DNA of 63,667 bases, filler included, from Ministeria vibrans ATCC 50519 (GCA_943704425.1; 4 parts of 4 records of this genome joined end to end with filler, not necessarily neighbours in it); one strand, 5' to 3'; counted from the whole stretch's first letter, positions 48,740 through 60,332 are shown. Numbers and translations: made by a program. The notes: a model not told the origin generated them from the letters alone.

Positions 48740-48848
48740 CACAGTCAGCAAATTTGTAAAAATAATCTGAATCTGAGAAAGTGAGAATGATCAATGAAGA
48801 AACTCGAAACTCGAAAGTCTCAACGTTATTCGTTTGTTCGCCTCACGC

Positions 48849-51800
48849 ATGTCTGCCTGTTATCTTGATAATCCTACGGAAAGGCCTCATGCACCAGCCC
48901 GCCTTTCGGGGGCCCGCTTAGCACCCTTTGAGCAAACTCCGACCAACACATTTACACCAGAAAATTCAAGAGCACCTTCCGCCGCCACGTGCTCCCCGTT
49001 TTCCATTGCGGCAGATGGTGCTGGATCCGAAAAAACCTCTCCCTTTGGTGTCAAGCTCAGATCAGTCACAGGTTTCGAGATTTTTTGAGAGAGTGAAAAA
49101 TTGAAATTTTTGGTCGAAACTGATTCCCCGCCTCTCCTCGCCCTCTCCTTGCCTTATTGCCCTCCTCCTCTCTCGGCAGCCAAGATACTCCAAACGCCAT
49201 GCTCACCGACAGGGACACCAAGCAGCGCCCGGGATCAAACAAAGCCGGCGCCTCCGCCCGTTGCGCCTAAACCCAGCGGAACGTTCCGCAAGCAAGCGCC
49301 CGCTCAACATTCCTCGGCTACTAGGCAGACTGCACCGCCTCCCGCCTCTTTTCGTCCCCAACCAAGCCGCGCGCCTCCCCGCTCAGGCTCTACTGTGTCT
49401 TCTCTATCGTCGAAATTCGACTCTCTGTCGCTGTCGAAGCGTCAATCCTCACCTACTGCGCCAAAGCCGAAGCCGAAGCCAAAGCCAAAGCCAACGGCAC
49501 CAGCAGCGTCAAAGTCCACCGCAGTCAACGATGATACAGATGCTCTCTCTTTGCTTGACAGCACAACTCGGCGTGCCTACGAGTTACTCATGCATCAAAC
49601 GACGGTGCAGGATTGTGCTCAGTGTGCCATTCGCTTGGCACCCGCAAAGCAACTCGTGCAAAAGGTTCTCGAGGGGGAGGTCGAACTGGCGCGCGCGCAA
49701 GACCAAATTGCCGCCGAGAGTTCCTTCTCGGTACAGATGCTGCAGCAGCGCGATCGCACGCGCGCTCTCCTCATTGAGTCAATCGGACAGCTGTTGAAGT
49801 CAATCTCTCGCGAGAACGTGTCCCAAATACAAAAGGATGCGTCCAAGTGGCGCACCGAGACCATGTCGTTGCTTATTACCTTATCAGAAGACCATCACTG
49901 GGATGCCGCGGCCCCAGCAAGTCACAGTGCCACGAAAGCGCCCACTGTCCTTGTGCTTAGGCAATGGCGTGAGAAAGCTCTCGCGAATAACACAATCACT
50001 CCGGTCCCCTTTCCATACGAAGATGTCGAGATTGCACTGACCGTGCTGTGGTGTGCAACCAACGAAGTGGTCACTATTGCCACAGAAGTGTTGGCGGCGA
50101 TGAAGCAGGGCTTCAAAGTGCGCAAGGGTCTGGCGAGCGCGCACGACGCGGGGCCACCGAGCACTGCGCGTCTCGACGAATTGACAGCCGTGTACGAAAA
50201 GGCCCTGTTTGACCGTCGCATTGTGCAGGCTCACATTGCATACCACAAGGACACGGCCAAGCAGGGCGAGAGACACACGCAGGAGCGAAAGTATCGTGCC
50301 CAGTGCCAGTGGGCACTGGACGAGCGTCGTAAGGAGCTAGTCAGTCTTGCACAGTACGCCCAGACGCACTATCCCGAGGCACTTGTGAGCATGAGTGTGC
50401 TGCGTGAGCACGTACAAATACTCTCTGGCGACCGAATGGCCTCGGACCGCACTTTTGACGAGTACGAGTGCATTGGCGTGCCCCTTGCGGCTTCCCCGCA
50501 CGTTGTGCACCGTGTTCGCTTCAACGGCACCGACCATGTGCTCAAAGTCTACGCCCTTACCAGTGTCGCCGCGCAGCGTGTGCTCGCCCGCGAACTCCGC
50601 ATTCTTGCACGTCTCTCGCACCCACACGTCATTCCCATTGAGACGAGCTTTGTCGAACGCAACATGGCCTACGTCCAGTTTCCCTACTATCCAGGTGGCT
50701 CGCTTGCCGTCTGGCTCGCCACACATACAACTACCGTCGGCACTATGAAGCGTCTCGCGCTCATGCAGGAGCTTCTTCGAGCCATTGCGGTAAGGTGTTT
50801 TCCTCATGGCTTCTGTATAATGATCTTCCATATTGCATGTGCAGCACATTCATGGACAGCGAGTGGTGCACTGTGACATCAAGCTTGAAAATGTGTTTAT
50901 GACAAGCAACGCCGTCGAGTCTGCCCATGTGGTTTTGGGAGACTTTGAACTGAGTCTGGCGTTGGGCGGTGGACACGGAGGCGCAAGCGTCATGATGGGG
51001 GGAGGAAGCAGTGTCATGTCAAGCGTGTCCGTCTCTGGGCGAGTGGGGGAGACGCAGCGCGGCACGATGGGGTACATGGCGCCTGAACTAGTGAAGGCTC
51101 AGGGGGGGTGCACGCTAGAGTCGGACATGTACTCATTTGGAGTGCTCTTGCGCAAGGCTATGCAAGGAGTTCCGATGGAGGAGTGTCGAGGCACACAGGA
51201 ACTGATCCATGCCCTGCTCAGCGACAACCCCAAGCAGCGTCCAAGTGCCGCGCAGTGTCTGTTGCACGAGTCTTTCTCACTTGACGCCGCACGCAAAGAA
51301 GCAACGCAGCGACTTGACCGGGAGTTGGAACGTGTTGCAGTCGAGCAGAGACGTCTGGCCAGCGATCGTGCTAATCTCAATGCAGACCGCGCGCGTCATG
51401 CCCAGGCCACTCATAAGAGTGCGGCAGAGGCGGATGCACTGCGCAAACGCGAACAGAGCATTTGGAAGGCTCAGGAGGCATTTGATCGGGACACAGAGAG
51501 ACTGCGCCAGCAAGAGGAGCAGCTCAAAGAGGCAGCAAAGAAACTTGTCGTACGTCGATCGACACACGTTAACACCAGTCAATGACCCAGATTATAATAC
51601 GTAATGCTCCGTACACTGTTGATTGTTTTTATGTGACTTTATAGGAAGAGCATCAGACTCCGCCGTACTGGGAGACGTCCATGACGGTGAACGAGGACAT
51701 GTGGATGCACGAGTTTGATGTGACAGGTGAGCTGGCGGCGTCTGTCGAGATGCTCATGAACGCCACTGCTGCGCCCGAGACACACTCCATGCGTCTGCGC

Positions 51801-52569
51801 GACCGACAGGCGAGAAGATTCCAGCGATTCCGAGTTCAGCGAGTAGTTCGTGTAGAAAACGCGCGACTGTGGCGGGACTATGCAAACGAGCGGGCGTCGA
51901 TGCTTGTGCGGTGGCGTGCAGGCGCAGATCTCGGTGACCACGGGAGCCTTGCTCAGAGGCTGCAGACAACCCAGACGGCCCCTGCGTCTCTGCATGCCGG
52001 GCATCTGCTGAGTGCGGAGGCCAACGAGGCGTTTCTCTTTCACGGGGTTCCCTCGGTCAACATTGCGGGGTTGATTCGACAGACGGGATTTGAAGAGAGA
52101 ATCGCACGAAGCGATGGGAATATGTTTGGAAAGGGAATCTACTTTGCGGAAAGGTGAGCGTTCTTTTCAGTCTGGCCATTGCTATATCAGTACGTCATTC
52201 TATGTAGTCCATCCAAAAGTGACCAGTACACAGGGGATGCGCCTGTGCTGCACATGCTGCTGAGTCGCGTGCTCCTTGGTCGCCCGCACGAGACCGTCCG
52301 CTCGCAAAGGACGCTCACTCGTCCACCCTGCATTCACGGCCACGACGTACCGATAATGCTCATCAGTCATACGCCGTCCTGAGTATTGTACGTACTAAGA
52401 AGGTTCTTTTCGTTTTCTATAGATATGCGAGCACATTCGATGCGACAGTGTGGTTGCGCTCTGCAAGCAGGACGATCCACGTGCAGACTTGAGCCTCTTT
52501 CGCGAGTTTATTGTGTATGACCGCCGCCTGACTTACCCCGAATATTACATTGAGTACACGAGAGAGTAG
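48849..52569 (+). CDS. Protein kinase - coiled-coil - PARP catalytic domain fusion, multi-exon
   Basis: Kinase: HVLKVY, RELRILARLSHPHVI, VVHCDIKLENV, LGDFEL, GTMGYMAPE, SDMYSFG. PARP: PPYWE, VVRVENARLWRDY, NEAFLFHG, MFGKGIYFAE|SPSKSDQY, MLLSRVLLG, FREFIVYD..YPEYYIEY. Confidence 0.85.
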
Positions 52570-52685
52570 ACGTTGCGTAGAACTTTCGAAAACCGATATT
52601 ATTATGATTAATAATAATTATTATTATTCATTTGACATTGAGTGCACAGCTCTCTATTCTCTTTTATTCTATTAAATTATTATTA

Positions 52686-52830
52686 CAATTGCGTCCAAAG
52701 CCCAATAGCCTAATTCGTTCATCATGTTATATGACTCAGCCGCTTCAATTAAGGCGCCAGGAAATAACACCCCATCAAGAGGATGATTCCAGCGCAACAA
52801 GCACTCTGCACCAATAATTTTTAAGCTAGC
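52686..52830 (-). pseudogene. Fragment of a bacterial EAL (c-di-GMP phosphodiesterase) domain
   Basis: KIIGAECLLRWNHPLDGVLFPGALIEAAESYNMMNELGYWALDAI closely follows the EAL consensus I.GAEALLRW.HP..G...P..FI..AE..G.I..LG.W.L; no start or flanking exons. Confidence 0.75.
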
Positions 52831-53119
52831 TATTCTTATTATTATTATCCCCTCCACTTCAAGCCTCGAAACCCCGCTCTCGGAGCTCGAAAGAACGAAA
52901 AGGTGTTATTCTTATTCTTATTATATTTTATTATTGTTCTTCTTCTTATTATTATTATTATTATTACTATTGCTTTGGAGTTTTCTTTCGTTTCCTGTTT
53001 AGTCATCCATCGAACTAAATTCTAATGAAACGTCAATTTTTTGTTTGCTTTCTTGCTTTAATCAAGTATTTGGGCAAGTCCCAACTTGTTGCGTGGTGAG
53101 GTCGTGACTGATCTCAAAC

Positions 53120-53900
53120 ATGGAGGTAATCGGTTGTCTGTCTCTTTCACGTCTCTCACTGTCAAACATGTCGTTTTCAGAAACACCCGAAGCAACCGGT
53201 TCGTGTGATGGTTGGCTCGGGACGACCAAGCCGTACCGTGCCAGGCATACAGCGCCGCTCCTCGGCCGCATCGCCGGCGCCGGCAAGCGCGTCGAAACAG
53301 ACGCAAAGGGCAAGTTCAGGAGAGCACCGCGCACCCGTTGCGCTTGTCGCTGAGGTGCGTGCAGTCCAAGCCCCTCTTGGCTCTCTCTCACTCTTCTACC
53401 CCCCCGANNNNNNNNNNCCCCCCCCCCCCTCTCTCTCTCTCTTGCCACAGTTTGCTTCGTGCGTCATGCGGAAAGAGTTCGCGCGCGCAGTGCACCTTGG
53501 CGACGCCATTCTGGCACTGGAGCCCAACAATGCGTTGGTGCGGGAGTACCGCGATGTCCTTATGGACAGTGTCGTGCTTGAGCAACTCAACAACGACGGC
53601 ACCACTACTGGGGAGGAGAGTGACGAGAGCGACGACAGTGCATCTGGGTCAAGCTCGAACGACCAAGACTCAAGCGAATCAGCCGACACCAACGACGACG
53701 ACCTCTGCTCAACGGAATCGGACGGCAGTCACAAGGTATACGACGACGATGAGTCGTCGTTTTCGTCGTCCGATTCGTCGCTCACGCCCTCGGAAGAGGA
53801 AGAAGACTCCGAATCGGAGTCACTACCACCTGAAACGAGTGACAACATTGCAAAGCGACGCGCGCGCCTACTGAAGATGCTTGAGAACCCACCACCATAA
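53120..53900 (+). CDS. ERICH2-like glutamate-rich protein
   Basis: RAPVALVAE|FASCVMRKEFARAVHLGDAILALEPNNALVREY followed by an acidic D/E/S tail. Start uncertain. Confidence 0.6.
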
Positions 53901-53965
53901 CAAAATCAGATGGAGAAAGAGATAGAGAGAGATAAAGAGAAAAGTACAACAAATGTATATGTGTG

Positions 53966-54779
53966 TTATGAAGAGAGGCTGTCAAGCGATGCAATGGCAG
54001 CACTGGAGGGTGCCAGACCCGCTGCGGTCGCATTGAAGTCAAGGGCTGCAAACAGCGGGTGGTTGTCTGCGCGGATGACGTGTGGCCCCAGTAAGTGGTC
54101 CACATAGGCAGTTTTCTTGTCACGAGCGGCCGTTTCGCTGACGGGTGTCCACGACTGATCGTACTGAGACGAGAGAGAGAGAAAAAAGAGAGTAAGACGG
54201 GGCAAAAAGAGACAAAAAGCGATTGGAATGAACAAGATCCCGTTGGAACGAGCGAGATCGCATTAAAACACGCTCTTGCTCCTCCTCTGTACACACACAT
54301 ACCTCTAGGCGGAAGGATCCTTGGAATTCGTGTGCAGCGCCGGGACCAGAAGAGCCCCAGTCGTCCGGACCGAGCATCGAGATGTAGGGGCTCTTGGTGG
54401 CTGTGCCGTCGTCCGTGTCGACGACTGCTTTGCAGTACAGGTGGTACACGCGTCCAGGGTGCTTCTTGAAGTTACACGCGGCCTGGTGCAGCTTTGCGTC
54501 GCGTGCTGTGGCCGCCAGAACCTTCTTGGCTTCTTCTTGCAACGCACGCATCTGATCGACGATCGTCTGCAGCTTGCCACTGGCGCTGGCTCGCAGCGTT
54601 GCATCGGCGTGCTGTATCTCGTGAGCCAGATCGACAAGGTGGTCGCGGGGTGCCCGGGTTGTCTCAGATGTCGTCAGTGGACTTGGCAAGTACAAATCGG
54701 ACAATTGCTGCGTTCCCAACGACACCACGGCGCCCTCCTTGCCGTACTCCTCACGGGCTCGTTGCAATGATTCTTCCAT
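53966..54779 (-). CDS. DUF2452 / C1orf50-like protein
   Basis: LVDLAHEIQHAD..KLQTIVDQMRALQEEA..LHQAACNFKKHPGRVYHLY..SMLGPDDW..FQGSFRLE|YDQSWTP. Confidence 0.85.
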
Positions 54780-54959
54780 CACAAGAAGAGTTGAAATAAT
54801 TAATAATATAATTATTGTAATTTGTAGCTGAAGATCGGCGAAGTGAACTTGAAGTAGTGAGTTAATCGATCGATCGATCTACTCATTCGTCATCCAAAGT
54901 GTCACCCACTCTGTCATGGGACATGGGTTCAATATTCTTCTGCCGCTTGCAAGAGAGGC

Positions 54960-55837
54960 ATGGAAGACGAAGTCGTGGAGTTGTTCCCGCCCGAGAACTA
55001 TGCGCTGGTGGCGCCGGGCGTCTATCGCTCGAGTTTTCCAACGCGCAAGACGTTTCCCTTTCTCGAGAAGCTCGCGCTGAAAACCGTCATGTACAGCACG
55101 ACCCAAGACGCGTCTCTGCGTGCCACCTAATGATGCTGCTCTCTCTTGTAGATGTCTTGTTGAGGAAGAATATCCGTTGGTAGGACGAGAGAGAGCCAAA
55201 ATGTGTTTCGTGTGTGTGTGTGGCGTTAGGAAGAGCCTTCAACGCTCGTGTTCCACGCCCATCGTCGAGCTGGTGTTTGGCTGGGGCCCACATGCGCATG
55301 GCATCGGGTTTAAATGGCAATGTGTTGTTTTTGCAGGCAAATCGAGAGTTTCTCGAGACGCACAAAATCCGCTTGAGACAGTTTGGCATGCCGGGAAACA
55401 AAGAGTTTGAAGAGGTGCTCGAGGATCGCATTATTGCCGCACTTATGGTTGTATTGGATGTCACCAACCACCCGCTACTTATCCACTGTAACAAAGGAAA
55501 GGTAAGACGTGCTGAGCATCATGGGGATGAAATCAGCACCACCTAACAACACGGTGTGTAGCATCGGACGGGGTGTCTTGTGGGAGTGCTAAGAAAGGTC
55601 CAACGGTGGTCTCATACATCAATTTGCGACGAATACAGAAGGTAGAAAGGAAGAAAGGGGAAGAAACATCGAGATTAATGATTGTGTACTGTTTCTTGGT
55701 TCAAAACAAACTGTAGGTTCAGTCTTCCAAAGGACCGCACTCTCGACCAGCAATTCATTGAGCTGTGCGACATCTCTCAGTTGACATTGGACCGTCGCAC
55801 AATACCCAAGTGGCTCATTCACGTAGTCTCACTGTAA
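54960..55837 (+). CDS. Atypical dual-specificity phosphatase, Siw14/PFA-DSP family, multi-exon
   Basis: FPPENYALVAPGVYRSSFP; GMPGNKE; NHPLLIHCNKGK|HRTGCLVG..QRWS..DEYR|RFS..DQQFIE. Confidence 0.9.
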
Positions 55838-55885
55838 GTTATGTTTTCATTGTAAATTATTCCAGTTTGCTTCTTTATTCTTTGT

Positions 55886-58633
55886 CTAATGGGAGAACGT
55901 AACAATGGAAACGGCAAAGGGAGCAAGAACGAGACGGTTTTCAGTAAGAGATTCAGTGCGAGCGGGACCATCAGCAGTACTAAGGTCAATGGTCGCGACT
56001 GAGGAGCCACTGAGCGACTCAGAGTGACTCAGTGACACTGACTGACTGAATTGCGTTTTGTTGAGCACGAGCAGTTTCTTCTGCTGCTGTCCTGCCGTGA
56101 CGAATCCCTGGCAGTATACTCCTGAAGGCACGCTGAACTCCGTCTCAACAAGTTTATCTTAGAACATGGGTAGAAAACGTAAGTGCACGTCACACTCGTC
56201 ACTCTCGTACCTCCGACGTGAAAGTGCTCCCTGAGCATTCGAAGGGTCCAATAACGGGCGTTTCCTTCGCCAGTGGTCCAATTGGTCATGGACACACTCG
56301 GATACTGCGGAGCACTAATGTCATACTGTGGCATTGCCGGAACGCCCGCAAGTTGGCTAAAAAGAAGTGACATCAAAAACTCTCGCGTCGCTCCCACTTT
56401 GTTTCCCTTCTCCCTCCTCTCTCGTTCTTTCTGTACCTTTCGCCGATGATTTCAAGGCCATACTGGATTGAATTGGCCCAGGTGTAGGCAAACACAGCTG
56501 AAGCGGCATTGTAGTACAGCGCTGGCGGGTCAGACTGGTTCGGAGCATTGTCTGGAAACGCGCGCAAAAGAGAAAACTCCGTGAGTGAGTGTGCGAGGGA
56601 ATGGGCAACGAGTGAATACCATCGGGGAGAATAACACCCATTTCCTCCACATCGGCGACGACATGGGGTGCAATTTCATCACGAATGCGGAGAATATCCC
56701 TCATTTCGGTGAAAAACACGTCAGCTTGATCAAAGTAATCGGGAAACGTCGAGATGTTAGTGCGACTGAGGGCAATGGCATAGAAATGGAAGGAAAAGAG
56801 ATTGAGCGGTAGAGCGCTCGCCTTGTGGTGCGAAGCATCGAGGAAGTAGCGGATTTGCGACTGGTTTCGAGTTTGAAGCTAATGCATAAGTATGTGGGTG
56901 AAAGGAAAAGACAGAGAGTGAGCGAATATGTGCCATGCAAATTGAGTGTGTCATTGAGGTGTAAGTGAGTGAGTGTGCGTGTGTGTGTGTGTGTGTGTGT
57001 GCGTGCGTGCTTGGTGTGATTCGTGTGCTTAGCGTGTTACGGAAAGGCCGACGAATTGAATCTTGTGATCGGGGTCAGCAACGCGACGAACTTCAGTGAC
57101 AATGGCATCGTACTGAGCAACGTACTCCTAATAAACACAAACGATCGAGTGTGTGAGGATTTGCTGAATATTATGCAGATTGACGCAGACGCCAAATCAT
57201 AGAACAGACAACACTCACTACCCTCGCAAATGGGCTTTCTCTTTATCACTTTGTTTCTCTCTCTTTCTTTTCTCTCTCTCCATCATTTGTTTCTCTCTCT
57301 TTCTTTTTCCTATCACTTTGTTTCTCTCTCTTTGTTCTCTCTCTGTTTGTGACTGCATACTTCAATTGTCAGGTCGTGACACCCAATGGGCTCATTGTAC
57401 ACCTCCCAGTGAGTGATATTCCAATGGTATCCATTCTTGTGCACTTCTCCGTATTCGTCTGTAAACTCTCCCTTTGTCAGAAATGAGAGAACCCGCCCAT
57501 AATACTCCGCAATCTACAAAACAAACAATGAATCGTTGTTCCGATTTTTGTTCTTGGTTTGTTACGAGTTTTGTTGAGTCTTTTCGTTGAGTGCCCTTTG
57601 GGTAGTCCCACATCACTTGGTTTGGGTCAGCTGGGTAGTTCCAGTCGTCCGTTTCGTACATCCAAGTTGGAACGGTAGACAGATTGGGAATCCGAATGTG
57701 TCTGCGTGCACCAATCAGTCAGTATCTCTTGTGTTGTTTGGGTTCTCTCCCATTTGCGCCTTTTACCCTTCTGTTGAGTTCCAAAACAATTCAAGTTGGG
57801 GTCGAACCTCAGACCAGTCCCAGTTCGAGTGGTTCTTTGGGTTTGTGCACAGCGCACGGACCGATAGTTTTTCTGTGGGCCACACAAAATCAACAACTCA
57901 CATTCACTCGTTCTTTTGAATACTGTTCAATTTGGGACAGGGGTCAGCAATGCCCAGTTCCAGAGGATCAGTCGGAATAGTGCATTCTTCGCGGCCGATG
58001 CAGCGCGAGCGCACGATTTCGGCAATGTCGGGGCTGTCACAAGTGCGGTTGTGGCGCAGGGAGGTGCAGTAGCCCGAGGGGGTGCCGTACGCCGCATCTT
58101 CCACGGTGCTGAAGACCCCCTCGCCCTCGCGGCAGCGCAGCGTCAGGAACCTGTGCGGAATGGCAAGGGAGCAGGGTCTTCAGAGAGAGCGAGCGAGACA
58201 CAGCGAGAGCGGCAAAGGCAAAGTGAACTTACGATGACTCGGGCTCTTGATCGCACACAAACAGGCCTGTAGGGGGCTTGGGCTGCGCCAGGCCCACAAT
58301 CGGGTAAGGGCACCATGCAATGTAGCGGATATAGTCGGCTTCAAGCTCGCTCGCACGCTGTGGAGAGAGACGCAAAGGGATTCACTGGTTGTGTTGTGTT
58401 GGCAAAACAAAACACCAAACCTGAAACATCTTTTTGTAGACGGGGGACGTCGAGGGGTTCAGAATGGGATTGCCCACGACCAGGTAGGTCATTTGGGTCT
58501 TGGAAGTGAACGTGTGGTGGTTCCAGTTGATGTAAATTTGAGACTCATCCGCCAGAGCAGCTCCAACGGACAGCAGCACGGCCACAAGCGCAACAAGGCA
58601 TCTAATACCCCTTGGCGATACTATGCCAGTCAT
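55886..58633 (-). CDS. Secreted GH39-like glycoside hydrolase with inserted SUEL/Gal-lectin domain, multi-exon
   Basis: Signal peptide; STVPTWMY..YPADPNQVMWDY; ITHWEVYNEP (clan GH-A acid/base); PSVSMTNWTTGEGNARYWTL; lectin segment AAYGTPSGYC..CIGREECTIP..DPCP. Confidence 0.65.
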
Positions 58634-59526
58634 TGATTCAAAGGCGGGGGGGTGTTCTTTGAAAACTGTTTGATAATTGATTTATTTGTGAACGAGTCGA
58701 AAGTACGAAATGATTTCGGCAACTATTTATGCCTGTGGGCTGTAGTGATGGTCACACCCCGGCGCGGAAGCGTTGACGACTTGTCGTGATGCCTTACGCA
58801 GTGTGCCAGGGAAAAAAAAGAAGTTTTGGTTTGCGCCGATGTATAATTATATTCGGCTGTCAGTGAGTAAAGAAAGAGCACGATGCGCAGATGCCTGAGT
58901 GAGATGCGCACCAGGAGAACGCACGCATTGACGATAGTCTCGAGAACACAACGCAATAAATAGGCCAAAGATCAAACCTAACCGAAATCTTCTGAAAATC
59001 TTCTTTGTGCTTGCCAGGAACTTGTATGAAGGGACGCGACCGCACACTCTGCATGAGAGCATTGTGGTCATGTAGAGCACCAGATTATTTATCTGTCCAG
59101 ATATGCGTATATACGTGCCACCAGGGAGCTCACAGTCCACAGCAATCTACGTTGCCTTCCGCGTGAATAGTGCGTTAATCGTAACCGATTGACAAAGAGG
59201 CATCAGGTAAGTTCGTTCTCCCTTCGTCACACATATCACGCGTAGCTCAAACGACTTACCACTATAAACTGCAAAGGTATGTAAGAATAAGTAGCCAAAG
59301 AGACTATTTTTAACTTTTCATTTGGTCGAGCAATTCATTTTTCACCCTCAAGTTTTTCTTTTCCCCTCTCCAGCCAGTCGGGTTCAAACAACGGACTCAC
59401 GACTGAGCATACTACGTCGTGTTTTACTGACCAAATGAGTACGCCTGTCTGCTGGAACGAACAAGCAACGATGGCTGTGGAAATGAGAAATCGGACGTGA
59501 GAAATTGTTGCGTCAGCACTCCCAAC

Positions 59527-59561
59527 TATAAAAGCGCCAATTCAACCACTTTTTCAATCAG
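59527..59561 (+). promoter_or_regulatory. TATA box (TATAAAAG) and putative initiator upstream of the tRNA array
   Basis: TATAAAAG at 59527-59534, pyrimidine/TCA-type Inr about 27-30 bp downstream, about 100 bp before the first tRNA; no protein ORF follows. Confidence 0.5.
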
Positions 59562-59632
59562 AAAAGTTTCGTCTTTTCTCTCCCCACTCACTTTCACTCA
59601 ACCTCCACGCACACACACTTCCACTTAAACTT

Positions 59633-59704
59633 GCCCTCGCGGTCCGATGGAACGGATTTCGCCCTTTCAATGCGAAGAAGCGAGATCGAAACTCGCCTTG
59701 GGCT
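59633..59704 (+). tRNA. tRNA-Glu(TTC), atypical or degenerate
   Basis: Anticodon arm TCGCC-CTTTCAA-TGCGA; T arm GCGAG-ATCGAAA-CTCGC; two acceptor-stem mismatches. Confidence 0.7.
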
Positions 59705-59721
59705 CTCTTTTGTTGTGATTT

Positions 59722-59792
59722 GGGACTGTATTGTAACGGTAGCATTCGACGTTAGGAACGTCGAGGAGGTGGATCGTCCCCACCCAGTCCCC
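59722..59792 (+). tRNA. tRNA-Pro(AGG), atypical
   Basis: Acceptor GGGACTG/CAGTCCC, C73; arm CGACG-TTAGGAA-CGTCG; T arm GGTGG-ATCGTCC-CCACC. Confidence 0.8.
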
Positions 59793-59850
59793 CCCCACAT
59801 CATTGTATTGTTTTGTGCATTTTGTTGTTGTTTTTGCTTATTGGGTGTGC

Positions 59851-59921
59851 GGGACTTTGTTGTAATGGAAGCATTCGTTGTTTGGAACTACGAGGCGGCG
59901 GTTCGATTCCGCCAAGTCCCC
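59851..59921 (+). tRNA. tRNA-Pro(TGG), atypical
   Basis: Acceptor GGGACTT/AAGTCCC; arm CGTTG-TTTGGAA-CTACG; T arm GGCGG-TTCGATT-CCGCC. Confidence 0.82.
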
Positions 59922-59926
59922 CCTCG

Positions 59927-59966
<40 letters not shown>

Positions 59967-60039
59967 GGTGGCTTGCCCGACTGGTGAAGGGATCGCTTTC
60001 AAGCAGCGACTTCGGTGAGTTCGATCCTCACAGCCACCA
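59967..60039 (+). tRNA. tRNA-Leu(CAA) with short variable loop
   Basis: Acceptor GGTGGCT/AGCCACC, A73; arm TCGCT-TTCAAGC-AGCGA; variable region CTTCG only; T arm GTGAG-TTCGATC-CTCAC. Confidence 0.82.
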
Positions 60040-60073
60040 CATAATAATAGTTGTTTTGGTGTAATATTTTGCA

Positions 60074-60147
60074 ACGCCCGTAGCTCAATTGGCTAGAGCA
60101 TCGGACTTTTGATCCGACGGTTGCAGGTTCGAGTCCTGCCGGGCGTG
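60074..60147 (+). tRNA. tRNA-Lys(TTT) with G37
   Basis: Acceptor ACGCCCG/CGGGCGT; arm TCGGA-CTTTTGA-TCCGA; canonical D and T arms. Confidence 0.9.
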
Positions 60148-60190
60148 CATTTGTTCTGTATTGTTGTGTTGTGTTTTTGCGGGTCTTTTT

Positions 60191-60262
60191 GGGCGTATCT
60201 TCTAATGGACAGGATGCGGCGCTACGAACGCCGCGATGGGGGTTCGAATCCTCCTATGCCCT
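60191..60262 (+). tRNA. tRNA-Arg(ACG)
   Basis: Acceptor GGGCGTA/TATGCCC; arm CGGCG-CTACGAA-CGCCG; T loop TTCGAAT. Confidence 0.88.
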
Positions 60263-60332
60263 TGCTTTTGGTGGCAAGAAATTGCGCCAAAGCGGAAAAA
60301 TTGTTTTTTTTTGTTTGGTATTGTTTTGTGAT

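Noticed and set aside
58723-59300. Possible small minus-strand gene upstream of the tRNA array
   Set aside because: Short ORF pieces with no recognisable motif or consistent splice model; not supportable.
59990-60010. Reading the Leu tRNA as a TCA (Sec/opal suppressor) tRNA
   Set aside because: The 5-bp stem TCGCT/AGCGA fixes a 7-nt loop with central CAA, and there are no tRNA-Sec long arms.
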